Positions 6,738 to 14,590 of a DNA stretch of 16,702 nt are shown piece by piece (position 1 is the first letter of the stretch; each line of letters starts with the position of its first letter). Position numbers and translations under genes: made by a program. Below the pieces are notes generated by a model that ran no database searches, had not been told where the DNA came from, and saw nothing but the letters and a program-made list of their open reading frames with translations. Where the stretch lies: the NCBI GenBank assembly GCA_041288095.1, contig JBGGMJ010000144.1, positions 1 through 16,702 of the forward strand, given 5' to 3'. The stretch comes from Myxococcota bacterium. Lineage in GTDB: Bacteria; Myxococcota; XYA12-FULL-58-9; JALHOP01.

Positions 6738-7973
6738 TCAGCCGGCGAGACGACCCTGAATCACAACGCTAGTCTGTTTGCCCTTGTCGGCGCCGATGAT
6801 ACCGAACTTGCGCCCGATGACATCGAACGTCTCGAGGACGCGGTCGAGCTGCTCGGTCGTGTGCGTCGCCATGAATGACGTGCGGATGAGTTGCTGACCG
6901 GGAGCGACCGCCGGGCTGATGACCGGGTTCGTGAACACGCCGGCGTCGAGCAGAGCGCGCCAGAACGAGAAGGTCTTGAGGTCGTCACCGATGACGACCG
7001 GCACGACCGGGGTGTTCGAGTGCAGCGTGTCGAAGCCAAGAGCCTTGAAGCCCTTGCGCACGTGGTCCGCGTTGGCGAACAGGCGCTCCCGGCGCTCCGG
7101 CTCGGCCTGGACGATCTCGAGTGCCTTCAAGCAAGCACCGCACGAGCTCGGCGTCATGCTTGCCTGGAAGATCATCGAGCGCGCCTTGTGCTTGATGTAC
7201 TCGATGACCTTGGCGGGACCGGCGATGACACCGCCCAGCGAGGCGAAGGCCTTGCTGAACGTGCCCATGATGATGTCGCAGTCGTCCTCGACGCCGAAGT
7301 GCTCGGCGGTGCCGCGGCCGTTCTTGCCGAAGACGCCCATGCCGTGGGCTTCGTCGACCATCAGGCGGAAGTTGTACTTGCGCTTGAGCTCCGCGTACTT
7401 GTCGAGCGGCGCGACGTCGCCTTCCATGCTGAAGACGCCGTCGACGACGACCATCTTGGCGGCTTCGGGGGCGGCCTCGCGCAGCAACAGCTCCAGGTGC
7501 TCGGGCGTGTTGTGGCGGAAGCGTTTCATGTCGGCGGCGCCGAGGCGCACGCCGTCGACGATCGACCCGTGATCGCCCTTGTCCATGTAGACGATGTCGC
7601 CCTTGCCGAGGAGCGAGCTCAGGGTGCCGAGATTCGCGGTGTAGCCGGTCGAGAAGACCGCGGCGGCGTCACGCTTCAAGAAGGCGGCGAACTTCTCTTC
7701 GAGCTCGGCGTGCAGCGACAGCGTGCCGTTGAGCAGGCGTGAGCCCGAGCACGTCGAGCCGAATCTCTTGGTGGCCGCGATAGCGGCTTCCTTCACCCGC
7801 GGGTCGCTCGAAAGACCCATGTAATTGTTCGAGCCCGCCATGATCACGCGCTTGCCGTCGATCATGACCTCGGTGCCGAACGTCTCGTCGATGACCGAGA
7901 AGTACGGATAGATGTTGTGCGAGCGCGCGAGCGGCGGGTCGTTATAGGCGTGGCACTTGTCGAAGATATCCAT
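6738..7973 (-). CDS. spt: Serine palmitoyltransferase (PLP-dependent alpha-oxoamine synthase, 411 aa)
   Basis: YPYF, GSNNYMGL, GSTCSGSRLLNGT, DHGSIVDG, VDGVFSMEGD, VDEAHG and the PLP-lysine motif GTFSKAFAS, then ARSMIFQAS. The N-terminal YPYF, the GTFSK motif and the neighbouring genes favour Spt over BioF/Kbl. Confidence 0.88.
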   Translation of the reverse strand: MDIFDKCHAYNDPPLARSHNIYPYFSVIDETFGTEVMIDGKRVIMAGSNNYMGLSSDPRVKEAAIAATKRFGSTCSGSRLLNGTLSLHAELEEKFAAFLKRDAAAVFSTGYTANLGTLSSLLGKGDIVYMDKGDHGSIVDGVRLGAADMKRFRHNTPEHLELLLREAAPEAAKMVVVDGVFSMEGDVAPLDKYAELKRKYNFRLMVDEAHGMGVFGKNGRGTAEHFGVEDDCDIIMGTFSKAFASLGGVIAGPAKVIEYIKHKARSMIFQASMTPSSCGACLKALEIVQAEPERRERLFANADHVRKGFKALGFDTLHSNTPVVPVVIGDDLKTFSFWRALLDAGVFTNPVISPAVAPGQQLIRTSFMATHTTEQLDRVLETFDVIGRKFGIIGADKGKQTSVVIQGRLAG

Positions 7974-7994
7974 CGTTACATCCTGCCTTGTCGC

Positions 7995-8636
7995 CTACGC
8001 GACTGACTCCGAAGCATCGCGACGACGCGAACGCTCGCCCTCTTTGACATACGTACCGAAGACGTAGTCCCAGATAGGGGAGCTAACGCCGTACCAGCGA
8101 TCGCCGAACGCGAAATGATGCTGCAAATGACGCTTGCGCAGACCCTTGCCGATCCACGAGGTCGGCCGCGCGAAGTGTGTGTAATAGTGGACGTAGTCGT
8201 AGCCCAAGTAGCCGACGATGAAGCCCGAGAACAGCGGCAGCATGAGCGGCGCGCCGGGCCAGGTGTAGAACAGGCCGAGGAAGATGAAAAAGAGCGGCAC
8301 CGACATGAGCGGCGGCGCGACCAAGCGGTCCCACTCCTGCACATCGTGATGCAGGCGATGCACCGGATACCAGATCTTCTGCAGCGCGGGGTTCTTGAAC
8401 TCGAAGTGGAAAACCCAGCGATGGAGGATGTACTCGCAGAAGCTCCACAAGAAGAAGCCGCCGGACCAAAGACCCGCCGAGGTCACGAGCGACAGACCTT
8501 GGCCAAACCCCATATAGAAGAGGTAAGCCGACATCGGCACCCACATGACGGCCGGCACTGCGGGATGGCAGCGGCTCAGGCGTTCGAGCAAGGGACTCGA
8601 AAATGCCTGTTTGCTTACAGCGTGGGGGTCTTGCAT
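7995..8636 (-). CDS. Fatty acid hydroxylase superfamily protein (FA2H/Scs7-type, 213 aa), probable sphingolipid fatty-acyl 2-hydroxylase
   Basis: His boxes EYILHRWVFH, HRLHH, YDYVHYYTH and HLQHHF, plus DRLVAPP and YGVSSPIWDYVFGT. No cytochrome b5 domain. ATG 8636 avoids overlap with the upstream gene; the stop is 21 nt before spt. Confidence 0.88.
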   Translation of the reverse strand: MQDPHAVSKQAFSSPLLERLSRCHPAVPAVMWVPMSAYLFYMGFGQGLSLVTSAGLWSGGFFLWSFCEYILHRWVFHFEFKNPALQKIWYPVHRLHHDVQEWDRLVAPPLMSVPLFFIFLGLFYTWPGAPLMLPLFSGFIVGYLGYDYVHYYTHFARPTSWIGKGLRKRHLQHHFAFGDRWYGVSSPIWDYVFGTYVKEGERSRRRDASESVA

Positions 8637-8683
8637 CGCGTTTGGCCCCGGCAGTTGCCAGGAATCCTTTCGAACTGTCAACG

Positions 8684-9445
8684 CTAGACGGCCTTGGGCG
8701 GATCGCGCCGCAGGCACAATAGCGTCAAAACCACGATTGCCAGGGCTAAAAGGGCGAGACCCGGCGTTTCCATCATCGTCTGGGCACGACCGATGGTGAC
8801 GGCAAAATGCGCCATCGCCATGAAGCCCAAGGTCACTCCTAGGGTCATCATGACGATCCAGCCACCAAATCGACTCACTGCTCGTAAGCCTTTGTTTTCA
8901 CCGCGAGAAAAGACGAAGTAAACGAGCCCGGCGACGACCCCCGCGAAAATGAACAGCTGGTTCAGATAGGGGCCGAAGCTGCAGGCGACGTTGGTCAGCG
9001 CGTTGGCCGGCTGAGACTCGAGGAGGCAAACGCCGCGCTCATGCGCCAGGCTGTCGGTGATCACCAACGAGGCCGCGCTCGCTCCGACCTGAGGCACGAG
9101 CACGGCGCGCACGAAGCCGGCGGCGGCCATGCCCGCGAGTGAGCCGACGGCCACGGCGATGGGGACGCGGCCGAGCCAGGCGAGCGGCGGCACCAGGCGA
9201 GCGAGCATCAACGCGACCACGAGAATGACGAGGAGCGTCGCGACCCAAGCGGCCCCGGTGGCGGGGCCGGCCGCGAGACGGTCCCAGAAGCGAGGCAAGA
9301 GGACCTGACGGACCTCGAAGGCGGCGAAGAGCCCCAACGCGACACCCACGAAGATACTCTCGGTCATCCGGTATAACGGATTGTCTCGCCAGACGTAGGA
9401 GAGCACCGCGAAGGTGAGCAGTAAGGCGATGAGCTGACCGATCAC
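8684..9445 (-). CDS. Conserved hypothetical polytopic membrane protein (253 aa)
   Basis: About 7 hydrophobic segments; N-terminal LTFAVLSYVWRDNPLYRMTESIFVGV. GTG 9445 overlaps the upstream TGA and follows an AAGGGGG RBS. Confidence 0.8.
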   Translation of the reverse strand: MIGQLIALLLTFAVLSYVWRDNPLYRMTESIFVGVALGLFAAFEVRQVLLPRFWDRLAAGPATGAAWVATLLVILVVALMLARLVPPLAWLGRVPIAVAVGSLAGMAAAGFVRAVLVPQVGASAASLVITDSLAHERGVCLLESQPANALTNVACSFGPYLNQLFIFAGVVAGLVYFVFSRGENKGLRAVSRFGGWIVMMTLGVTLGFMAMAHFAVTIGRAQTMMETPGLALLALAIVVLTLLCLRRDPPKAV

Positions 9446-10287
9446 GCTGCCCCCTTTTTGCGCCCACGCCAGGACGTCACGCCCTGCCCGATCACCAGGC
9501 AAAGAACCAGCGCCAGATGCGCCCAGCGGTGCGCGCGCATCTGCTCCGCGAGGCCGCGCAAATGGGAGGCCGACGACGGGTCGGTGTGCAAGCGCGGGTC
9601 ATTGGCCGCGAGGTCCGCGAACGCGGACACATCGCGCGCCCCGGCGACGAGGCCCGAGAGCTGCCCGGACGCGTAAAAAGCGGCGAGCTCTGGCCCCTCG
9701 TGGCTCGTGGTCGCGAGCAAGAGGCCCTTGGCGAATCTGCCCTGCCCTTGCATGAGCCAGTCGAAGGCGCCGGGCGAGCCGCTCGAGGCGACCACGAAGA
9801 GCGCGGCGTCGGAGAGCCGCGCGATGTCGCTTGCCAGCGGTAGATCACCGAGAAGGTTGCCGGCGTGGTCACGGCTGGCCATGCGCTGGAGCGGCATGCC
9901 GGTGAGATGCACCGCGGTGCCACGGCCCTCGATGAAGCCGAGGTTCATCGCGTCACGTCCGTAAGTACCCTTGCGGTCGGCGAGCGCCTCGCGCAGATAG
10001 CGCTCGGCGAGCATGGCGCCGTGCGGTGACAGGCTGAGCGTGACGACGCGCGCGCCACGCATCAGCGCGATGTCGAGTGTCAGACGCACGAAGGGTGACA
10101 GCTCGGGGACGCTCGCGGGGTCGAAGTCGACGGCGAGAAGCACGAAGTCTCCGGCGCCCAGACCCGAGAGCGCGGCGTGTGCTTGCGTGACCTGCGGCGC
10201 AATGCCGGCGCGCGGCGCCGGACGGGTCGACCAGATGCCGGCGGCAATGGCGGCGGCGAGAGCAATGACGGCGAGCCAGCGCATCAC
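9442..10287 (-). CDS. Conserved hypothetical protein with N- and C-terminal membrane anchors and an extracytoplasmic alpha/beta domain (281 aa)
   Basis: N-terminal hydrophobic helix; VLLAVDFDPASVPEL, YGRDAMNLGF and FYASGQLSGLVAG motifs; C-terminal AHLALVLCLVIG. Start/stop overlaps at both ends. Confidence 0.8.
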   Translation of the reverse strand: MMRWLAVIALAAAIAAGIWSTRPAPRAGIAPQVTQAHAALSGLGAGDFVLLAVDFDPASVPELSPFVRLTLDIALMRGARVVTLSLSPHGAMLAERYLREALADRKGTYGRDAMNLGFIEGRGTAVHLTGMPLQRMASRDHAGNLLGDLPLASDIARLSDAALFVVASSGSPGAFDWLMQGQGRFAKGLLLATTSHEGPELAAFYASGQLSGLVAGARDVSAFADLAANDPRLHTDPSSASHLRGLAEQMRAHRWAHLALVLCLVIGQGVTSWRGRKKGAA

Positions 10288-10910
10288 GTGCGGCGCTCCC
10301 CGAGGTAGTCGCGCTCGATGCCCAGCAGCAACCTTAGAAGCGTCGAACAGGCGGCGATGGCGGCGCCGATGAGCAGCACGCGCTGGCCGGCGACGTTGGG
10401 CACGCGGGTGAGCCAGTCGGCGACCGGCGTGATCAATGTCCCGACAGTGCCACTCGTGGGCGCGCGGCCGAGCATGACGAGGGTCGCGGTGGCGATGAGC
10501 AAGGCGGTCTCACCAGAGCGCGCCCGCATGCGACGAAGCGCCGTATCGACGAGCGCGAAGGCAACCAGCGCGAGCAAGCTGCTCTCGAGCGGTGCGTACA
10601 CGTAGTCGAAGATCCAGACGAAACACTCGCCCGCCGGGCCTTCGGCGACGCCAATCGCGAAGGTCAGCGCGAAAGCCACGAGCACGAGGGTCGCGTTCAG
10701 GTGTCCGCTTTCGCGGCGCACCACCTTCCTGCCCTCGCGCGCGAGGACACCGGTGATGGCGACGAGGGTCACGACGGCGATGATCGCGATGACCAGATCC
10801 GCCGCGAAGGTCTTGAGCCAGCCGTCGCGCGCGACATCGACGACCGGCTCGAGGGTCCAGTAGGTCGCGGCGACCATGGCGCAGACGATGGGGGCACCGG
10901 CTTTGGTCAC
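10284..10910 (-). CDS. Conserved hypothetical polytopic membrane protein (208 aa)
   Basis: About 6 hydrophobic segments; WIFDYVYAPLESSLLALVAF, LVMLGRAP, DWLTRVPNVAGQR and LRLLLGIERDYLG. GTGA overlaps at both ends. Confidence 0.8.
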   Translation of the reverse strand: MTKAGAPIVCAMVAATYWTLEPVVDVARDGWLKTFAADLVIAIIAVVTLVAITGVLAREGRKVVRRESGHLNATLVLVAFALTFAIGVAEGPAGECFVWIFDYVYAPLESSLLALVAFALVDTALRRMRARSGETALLIATATLVMLGRAPTSGTVGTLITPVADWLTRVPNVAGQRVLLIGAAIAACSTLLRLLLGIERDYLGERRT

Positions 10911-13900
10911 CCGAATACTCCACTGCTCGCCAGGATCAGGAGCAAACCCAGGACCGCGAGGACCGCGAGCTTCATCCAGTCGCCCGCGAGCACGGTGGTG
11001 AGGAGCGAAGGCTGGCGCGAGCTGTCCGCCGCCGCGGCGTAGACCGCGTCACCCATGAGGACCTCGCCTTGGCTTGCGGCCGCGACCGCGAGCGCCGCGC
11101 GCTCACCGGTAGCAGTCAGCGTCACCGCGTCAGGACGCAGCGCGCTCGTCACCAGCAGGATCTCGGGCGGCAGACGGCCGACGAACATGGCGGCGGCGCC
11201 GGGGGTCTGGGTGACGACGTCACGGCCGCTGGGCAAGAACGGCATGAAGTCGCCGGCGAGCGCGCGGTGCTCGTCGAGCGCGTAGCCGGCGCCGGAGACG
11301 CCTTCCTCGAGGCCGCTATGCCGCACGAAGGGCTCGCGGTCAGCCACGACCAAGACGCTTTCGTGGGCCGCGGTGACGTCCGCGGCACGGTCGATGAGAT
11401 GTAGACCAGCGAGAGTTTGCGCATCGTTCACCATGTTGAGCCCGGGGACGGCCACCGCGGCTCCACCGCTCGTCCGCGCCGCCGCCGCTACCCGGTCCAG
11501 GGCGTCGAAGGCCGGCAGGCGCCGCAGCTTCAATGCTCCGCGCGAGCGGATGACTCGACGCACCGCCATGGCGAACAGCGTCGCGAACAACGAGAATGAC
11601 AGGAGCATCCGCAAGTTGAAGCCCAGCGCCGCGTCGAGAGGTCGCACCGCGTAGGCGAGCTGCGCCGCGAGTCGGGCCACGCCCGGCACCTCGCTGCGCA
11701 CGATGCCCGCGCGAGCGCCGCCGTCCATGCTCTCCCATGCCATCCAGGCGAGTGCGCGGCGCCACAAGGCGCTCGGCAAGTCGCGGTAGGCGTTCGCCAG
11801 GAGCTCGTCGCGCTCTCCAGCGGCGCGCACCTCGAGCTCGGGCCAGCGCACGGCGACCTGCACCAAAGGATCGAGGCGTGTCATCCAGGCCTGCATGCGC
11901 AGGCGCTGCGCGTCGCTATCCAAGCGCTCCCACCAGGCACGGGCGCGCTGATGTTCGGTCTCGCCGCGCGAAGCCCACCATACCGTCACGCGCAGCGGTC
12001 GGGTGGCATCGAGCCCTTCTTGTCCCCCGGCGCGGGCGGTGTGCTCGACATAGGCGCGGTGGCTCGAGGACAGATTCGCAATCCAGCGGTTGTAGCTCGC
12101 GGTGCGCGCCTTGACGCCGATGAGGCCCCACCAGCGGTCGACTTCGTTGCGCACCTCTTCGGGTTGGTCCGCGAGATACAGCTCGGGAAGCGCCCAGGCT
12201 TCGAAGTCCGCGGGCCGCATGCCCTCGTGCGCCGAAGACAGCCAGGCTTCGCGCTCGTTGGCGCTCATGAGCAGTGGCCAGCGGGCGAGCCACGCCGTCC
12301 GCTCGCGCAACGGGATGCCACGCCACCAACGCGTGAGCAGCGCTTCTTGCGCGTCGGCCGCGCGCATCTCGAAAGCCGCTCGGGCCTTCGCCAAGGTGAC
12401 GTCGCTCTCGAGCTCGTGCTCGACGGTGCGCTCGAAGCTAGCGGGGCGCGACAAGCTGCCGGCTCCGAGCCGCGCGAGCTGCAAGTCCTCGCGAAGATCG
12501 ACCCGGACCTGCGGCGGGCACGCCTCGTTGCTCACCACCTCGGCGCCGTTGCTCGCGAGCGCTGTAACGCGATAGCGGACACCGGCGGCCAACTCCGTGG
12601 CCGTCGGCCTGTCGACGATCTCCGTGACGCCCGCCGCAGTCTTGCCGACGACGATGGCCTTGTCGCCGGAGAGTCGGGCGACGCGGTAGCCGGTGACAAC
12701 GGCCGCGTGATTGACCCGAGCCGTGCCGGCCAGACGTTGGTCGGGTGCGACGTCGCCGATGGCGCGGCCCCAGGCGATGCGAACGGCGTCGAAGTCACGG
12801 TAGAAGCGCGGCTCGCGCGGATCGATCCGCTCGAGAGCGGCGCGGACGGCTCGCGGCTCACCGACGTGCTTGGCGAGGTAGGCGACCGGCACGCGAATGC
12901 TCGAGCCGGCGATGCCGAAGGCGCTCACCGGCGTGAGCACCAGCTCGGAGCGGACGGCCGACTCGCCCGGCGGCTCGACGAAGCTCGCGCGATACTGCCC
13001 GTCCGTGATCTTGAGATCACCGAGACGCCCACGCGATGGGTCGACCGGCGCCTCACGCGTCCGCGCCAGCGCTTGCGCGAAGTCGGCGCCCAGGCAGAGC
13101 GTCTGCTGCACCAACGCAAGGGTGACGTCGTCGGCGTTGCCGAGGCGCTCGACGCGGACCGCCGCGACATCTTTGGCACGTGCTCCGCTAAAAGAGACGG
13201 ATAGGTGACGGAAGCGCTGGTTGCCGTCCTCCGACATCGCCGTCGTTTCGTGCGCGTGGATGGCGTCCAGCGTCAGGGTCGGCGCGACAACCAGGTCGGC
13301 CGCCGCCTCCGCCAGCGCCTGGCGCAAGCCGATCATCTCGCCGGCAACCCGCGCGAAGCTCGCCGTCGGCTTTTGCATGTCGAAGCCGATGCGCACGCCC
13401 GATTCCTCGGCCGCGGCGATGAGATCGAGCGCATGGGCGAGCGCCACTTCGAGGCGCATGAAAGCGCGCAGTTGATCGGCGGGTGTGCCGCGCGAAGCGC
13501 GCAGATCGCCGATGCGCTGCTCGGCGGCGGCGACCTCGTCGAGCGCCTCATTGACGTCATCGAGAGCGGTCTCGGGGTCGACGATACGCACCTGCATCGG
13601 ACGCTGGCGCGAGAAGAGATCGACGATGTCGGAAGCAGCCCGCTCGAGCCGCTCGAGAGCGCGTGACAGCTCACGCAGCGGCGCTCCCGTTTCACCCAAG
13701 GTCCGAGCCGCGGCGAGCGCCTCTAGCGCGTCCAACGCTTCGGCGTGGTAGCCGCGGCTGATCGCCGGCAACGCTTCGGCGGCGGCCCGCAGAGGCACGA
13801 CGCGCGCGAGTCGCGCGAACACTTCGCTCGCCCCCGGCGGGATGGGCGTTTCGGGCGTCGCCCCTTCGGCCTCACCTGCTTCGCGCAGAACATGCGTCGC

Positions 13901-14074
13901 CGGCACCAGCTCCGAGAGCGCCAAGCGAAAGACGTCGAGCGTGTTGTGCAACGCCGCCGCAGTGCGCGCGAGACTGCCAACCTGCGTACGCTCGGCGACG
14001 CTTTCGCCCTCGGGCGCTTGCGCCCAGGCCACGGAGCACGCGAGCAAGGAGACTACCGCGAGGAGTCGACTCAT
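10907..14074 (-). CDS. Large exported/membrane protein (1055 aa): signal peptide, helical region, FnIII-like domain, Trp-rich repeats, TM helix and C-terminal DUF6754-like domain
   Basis: Signal peptide MSRLLAVVSLLACSVAWA. FnIII-like VRIAW...VTGYRVAR...YRVTALASNG. C-terminal LRRLPAFDAL...QTLAGL...LMGDAVYAA...DWMKLAVL recalls DUF6754 (from memory, not a search). Confidence 0.78.
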   Translation of the reverse strand: MSRLLAVVSLLACSVAWAQAPEGESVAERTQVGSLARTAAALHNTLDVFRLALSELVPATHVLREAGEAEGATPETPIPPGASEVFARLARVVPLRAAAEALPAISRGYHAEALDALEALAAARTLGETGAPLRELSRALERLERAASDIVDLFSRQRPMQVRIVDPETALDDVNEALDEVAAAEQRIGDLRASRGTPADQLRAFMRLEVALAHALDLIAAAEESGVRIGFDMQKPTASFARVAGEMIGLRQALAEAAADLVVAPTLTLDAIHAHETTAMSEDGNQRFRHLSVSFSGARAKDVAAVRVERLGNADDVTLALVQQTLCLGADFAQALARTREAPVDPSRGRLGDLKITDGQYRASFVEPPGESAVRSELVLTPVSAFGIAGSSIRVPVAYLAKHVGEPRAVRAALERIDPREPRFYRDFDAVRIAWGRAIGDVAPDQRLAGTARVNHAAVVTGYRVARLSGDKAIVVGKTAAGVTEIVDRPTATELAAGVRYRVTALASNGAEVVSNEACPPQVRVDLREDLQLARLGAGSLSRPASFERTVEHELESDVTLAKARAAFEMRAADAQEALLTRWWRGIPLRERTAWLARWPLLMSANEREAWLSSAHEGMRPADFEAWALPELYLADQPEEVRNEVDRWWGLIGVKARTASYNRWIANLSSSHRAYVEHTARAGGQEGLDATRPLRVTVWWASRGETEHQRARAWWERLDSDAQRLRMQAWMTRLDPLVQVAVRWPELEVRAAGERDELLANAYRDLPSALWRRALAWMAWESMDGGARAGIVRSEVPGVARLAAQLAYAVRPLDAALGFNLRMLLSFSLFATLFAMAVRRVIRSRGALKLRRLPAFDALDRVAAAARTSGGAAVAVPGLNMVNDAQTLAGLHLIDRAADVTAAHESVLVVADREPFVRHSGLEEGVSGAGYALDEHRALAGDFMPFLPSGRDVVTQTPGAAAMFVGRLPPEILLVTSALRPDAVTLTATGERAALAVAAASQGEVLMGDAVYAAAADSSRQPSLLTTVLAGDWMKLAVLAVLGLLLILASSGVFG

Positions 14075-14352
14075 GCGCGGTCCAGTACGCCCAAGCGCTG
14101 GCTCAAGAGGTCACAAAGTAGCTGCGCGCCGTTGGGACGATTCAACAGGTCGTGGAGGGCACGCACGGTATCCGTGGGCGCCAGCGCCTCGATGTACGGC
14201 ATGGCCATCCGCAGCGACGCGTCGGTGATCCGCTGCACCGGACGCACCGCGCCCAACAAGAGCAACGCCGGCGTCGTCAGCCGCCGGGCGTGGATCAGCC
14301 GCGCGCAGGCATCGAGCGCTTCGACCTCTCGTTGGGAAAGCTGCGTGTTCAT
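14071..14352 (-). CDS. Small conserved hypothetical protein (93 aa), first gene of the membrane-complex operon
   Basis: ATGA overlap with the 1055-aa gene; helical, with RRLTTPALLLLGAVRP motif. Confidence 0.72.
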   Translation of the reverse strand: MNTQLSQREVEALDACARLIHARRLTTPALLLLGAVRPVQRITDASLRMAMPYIEALAPTDTVRALHDLLNRPNGAQLLCDLLSQRLGVLDRA

Positions 14353-14493
14353 GAGTGGGCGTGAGACTGCCCCAAACGCCGCTTAGGGGCCACCCCGACA
14401 ATTTCCGTCAGGCCTACATCGACGCATGACCTTCTTTGACGGCGGCGTCCGCGATGGCACTCGACATTTCGATGAGTTGTCGGCTGCTCGGGG

Positions 14494-14509
14494 TGGCGCG
14501 ACACCTGCA
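14494..14509 (+). promoter_or_regulatory. Sigma54 (-24/-12) promoter candidate TGGCGCG-ACAC-CTGCA
   Basis: Exact GG-N10-GC spacing, close to the TGGCACG-N4-TTGC(A/T) consensus, about 80 nt upstream of ATG 14591 in a divergent intergenic region. Confidence 0.55.
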
Positions 14510-14590
14510 AACAGCAGTCGGGCCAACGCAAGAGCAGTACGAAGTCGCGTTAGCGGACCGACGAAACACCTAACCCCAGGGTGAACGCCG

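Noticed and set aside
6738..7973. Alternative call as BioF or Kbl
   Set aside because: YPYF, GTFSK and the hydroxylase/GNAT/SDR neighbourhood favour Spt; no biotin or threonine-catabolism genes nearby.
14349..14531. 60-aa minus-strand ORF overlapping the ATG of the 93-aa gene
   Set aside because: TTG start, no RBS and atypical composition; it lies in the divergent promoter region, and the ATGA overlap alone is not sufficient.
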